DNA of 63,693 nt, the filler included, from Pelomyxa schiedti (lineage: Eukaryota > Protista > Evosea), in NCBI GenBank assembly GCA_020536535.1. It is 12 parts of 12 records of this genome, joined end to end, with 100 filler letters (N's around TTAATTAATTAA, not from the genome) between each part and the next. Parts side by side here need not be neighbours in the genome. Positions count along the whole stretch, not along the records: positions 61,632 to 63,693 come from JAHLWZ010002155.1; 11 more parts are not named here. The stretch is one strand, 5' to 3'. Shown here one piece after another: positions 61,685 through 63,693 of this stretch. Position 1 is the first letter of the stretch. The number at the start of each line of letters is the position of its first letter. Below the pieces are notes generated by a model. The model did no database searches. It saw only the letters and a program-made list of their open reading frames with translations, and was not told the origin of the DNA. The position numbers and the translations under genes were made by a program.

Positions 61685-62014
61685 TTGGATGACATGGCAA
61701 ATATCGGCAGTTGTAGAGGGGGTGGTGACGGGGTGGGAGGAGTGGTGGAGCCACGGCCCAAATCATTTCATATGTTCCAGCCAGTTTTGACCCAAATCAT
61801 TTCATATGTTCCAGCCAGCTTTTCTTCTTCTCTTCGCAGGGTTTGCCATGCATTCTGGGATTTGGGTGTGTGTATGGGATTCCCACCTTACAAGCATTTC
61901 CAGGGTGATGAATTCACAAGTGGTGACTGTATGAAGTTGATTTTCAGAAAAGCTTCAGGCACTGCTAACCTTCACGAACTGCTTGGCTTTTCCCCAAATT
62001 TCACATCAACATAA
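61685..62014 (+). pseudogene. F-box-like fragment with an internal 28-bp duplication
   Basis: VLTQIISYVPASFSSSLRRVCHAFWDL is F-box-like. cccaaatcatttcatatgttccagccag occurs at 61757-61784 and 61791-61818. Short ORF. Confidence 0.4.
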
Positions 62015-62076
62015 AGATACGTTTTGAATTCATTTACTTGGACAACTTTTTTATGCGATCAGATTAGATTATCAAC

Positions 62077-63378
62077 ATGGACGAAGAGCCCATTCAACAA
62101 CGACACCCACAATTGTGGCGTGGTGACATTCTCGTGGTTCAAGGGGTTTGGGCTGCAGACCAAGTGGCTGCGCTGGCCCTCGCCGGCCACTCGCCCCGCT
62201 GCGGCGCCAACTCCCCAGCGTGCGTTCTTTCACCGCACCTCGTCAACCAATTGTGGGACTCCTGGGTCATTGATTGCCTTCGTTCCGTAGTTATAGAGGC
62301 AGCCGTGGGAGACCAGGGGCCTACATTCCGCAGCTTTTCATCACCCAAGGTCTCGGTGATGCTGAAGCTGTCCCCTGTGCTTCTTGAACTTGTGGGTCGC
62401 GTCGATTGCCTGGGGGTTCCTGGGGATCACAAGCGGTGGGTGGACGACACCAGATTCTGTGTGGCTCGCGAGAATGCCACTTCCATGGTTACTCTCGGCC
62501 GAACTGGAATTGTGGGCGCTGGTGAGAAGTGTGGCAGCCGGGAGATGCCCCTGTTTCCACACAAGAACCTAGTTGAAGAATACTTTGTGAACCAGGAGTG
62601 GTGCCTGCAGTGGATAAATTATGGGAAGCCAACTGGTTTCTCGTTGGTTGTGAGGAGACTCCCACGAGGTGATGAGAGGGAGATGGTGGAGATCCAAGTT
62701 TATTACCAGCCTGTTATTGTACCGCTGCCTGCTTCTAAGTATTTCGGCGAGTCATTCGAATTCAGCAAGGAGATTCCGTCACGTGCGGTGATGATTGTGG
62801 ACGCTGGTGATAAACCAGGCACAATGTTGGTGGTGTTTGATGTTGCCAAAACGCATGCCACGAGAAGCCTGCAAGTTGTGAGCACAACTCATTGCGCTGC
62901 ACTTACTCCAGAGTGGCTTGACGGATTCCCCTTGTGTCGTCTTGCTCTGATGCAAAACAGAGCTGGCGAAATTGTGTTTCTTGTTCAGTCTTCTAGCCTT
63001 TCGTCTCCAAGTTTTGTTCACGCCGTGCAAGCAAATGGGGACACCACACAACTGTACTCTGGAATTGGCTCTTCTCCACTGAGGCAGGTGAGTGGATCAC
63101 TGTTCAGCATTTACCACAAGGGCACCCAAGTGTTGGATGTCTGGGACTGCAGTGATACTTCACCGTCGGCAACAAGTAAGCCATTGAGGAGCATCAACCT
63201 GGTCAAGAACTGCAGCTTCATTTCAGGTGGCGGTTTCATTTTTATTGTGGCAACCCCTGACTGCAAGCAACTTCAAGTTGTTGATGGAGCATCAGGAAAC
63301 ACCACAGCAACAATTGAGTTCCTTGCTTCTGGTTGGTGCATTGAGTCACTCAGCCAAACAACATCCTTCTTGTGGTGA
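62077..63378 (+). CDS. Full-length intronless orphan family protein (433 aa)
   Basis: WAADQVAALALAGHSPRCGANSPACVL...LWDSWV; NQEW; FDVAKT; LRQVSGSLFSI; LDVWDC; GGGFIF; LQVVDGASG; ends TTSFLW like 50768-51424. Confidence 0.8.
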   Translation: MDEEPIQQRHPQLWRGDILVVQGVWAADQVAALALAGHSPRCGANSPACVLSPHLVNQLWDSWVIDCLRSVVIEAAVGDQGPTFRSFSSPKVSVMLKLSPVLLELVGRVDCLGVPGDHKRWVDDTRFCVARENATSMVTLGRTGIVGAGEKCGSREMPLFPHKNLVEEYFVNQEWCLQWINYGKPTGFSLVVRRLPRGDEREMVEIQVYYQPVIVPLPASKYFGESFEFSKEIPSRAVMIVDAGDKPGTMLVVFDVAKTHATRSLQVVSTTHCAALTPEWLDGFPLCRLALMQNRAGEIVFLVQSSSLSSPSFVHAVQANGDTTQLYSGIGSSPLRQVSGSLFSIYHKGTQVLDVWDCSDTSPSATSKPLRSINLVKNCSFISGGGFIFIVATPDCKQLQVVDGASGNTTATIEFLASGWCIESLSQTTSFLW

Positions 63379-63693
63379 TGAACATTTTGGCACAGACAAA
63401 GAAATTTTTTAGCTTCTGAAATCACAAAACCACCAACTTGTTGGGGCAAGTCGATGTTTTTCCATGGGTGTTTCCAAACTCCTGTGGTACTGCTATCAAA
63501 TTCGAACGAGCCACCAACTTAATCAGACTGAAAGAAAAGAACTGCGTCAGTGGGCACAGAATGAGAGGCGACAAGAGAACTTCTTTTATGAAACACTTTG
63601 GACAAACAACCTCACTCCTGTTGTCATTGTGAATATCGGCAATCCAGATGCAAGATCAGAGACTTGAAATTCGGTCCCTTCCTCCCTCAGGGC

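Overview
Eukaryotic, intron-rich genomic DNA (mostly 35-60 nt GT-AG introns, very compact intergenic spacers). It is not one locus: twelve contigs are joined by artificial N44-TTAATTAATTAA-N44 linkers, and two contigs also carry internal 100-N gaps. Gene content (monofunctional DHFR, RWP-RK factor, centriolar PIBF1/CEP90, genes resembling those of anaerobic prokaryotes, and a large 'RCG..SPA..L' orphan family) suggests a flagellated anaerobic amoebozoan, possibly Pelomyxa-like; this is inference. Recognisable genes: RWP-RK factor, DHFR, a giant kinase plus pseudo-dual-specificity-phosphatase gene, an HSP20-FKBP-FKBP-TPR fusion, GCFC/TFIP11-like protein, eIF4E, Wee1-like kinase, ubiquitin (partial), PPP1R21, a 2TM Cache-like cyclic-nucleotide phosphodiesterase, PIBF1, ankyrin, RING and MORN proteins, and an olfactomedin-domain protein. 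Most notable: (1) the kinase/pseudophosphatase gene carries about 10 phase-1 mini-exons, each encoding one [IV]PKLx[LMI] docking-like motif; (2) a small HSP spliced in frame to an FKBP52/62-type immunophilin; (3) an olfactomedin domain outside animals; (4) two intronised genes of probable prokaryotic origin; (5) an eIF4E with the W73-equivalent replaced by Cys; (6) a 17-copy ~100 bp satellite inside an ankyrin gene. All gene models were spliced by eye and family calls come from remembered motifs; no database searches were run.
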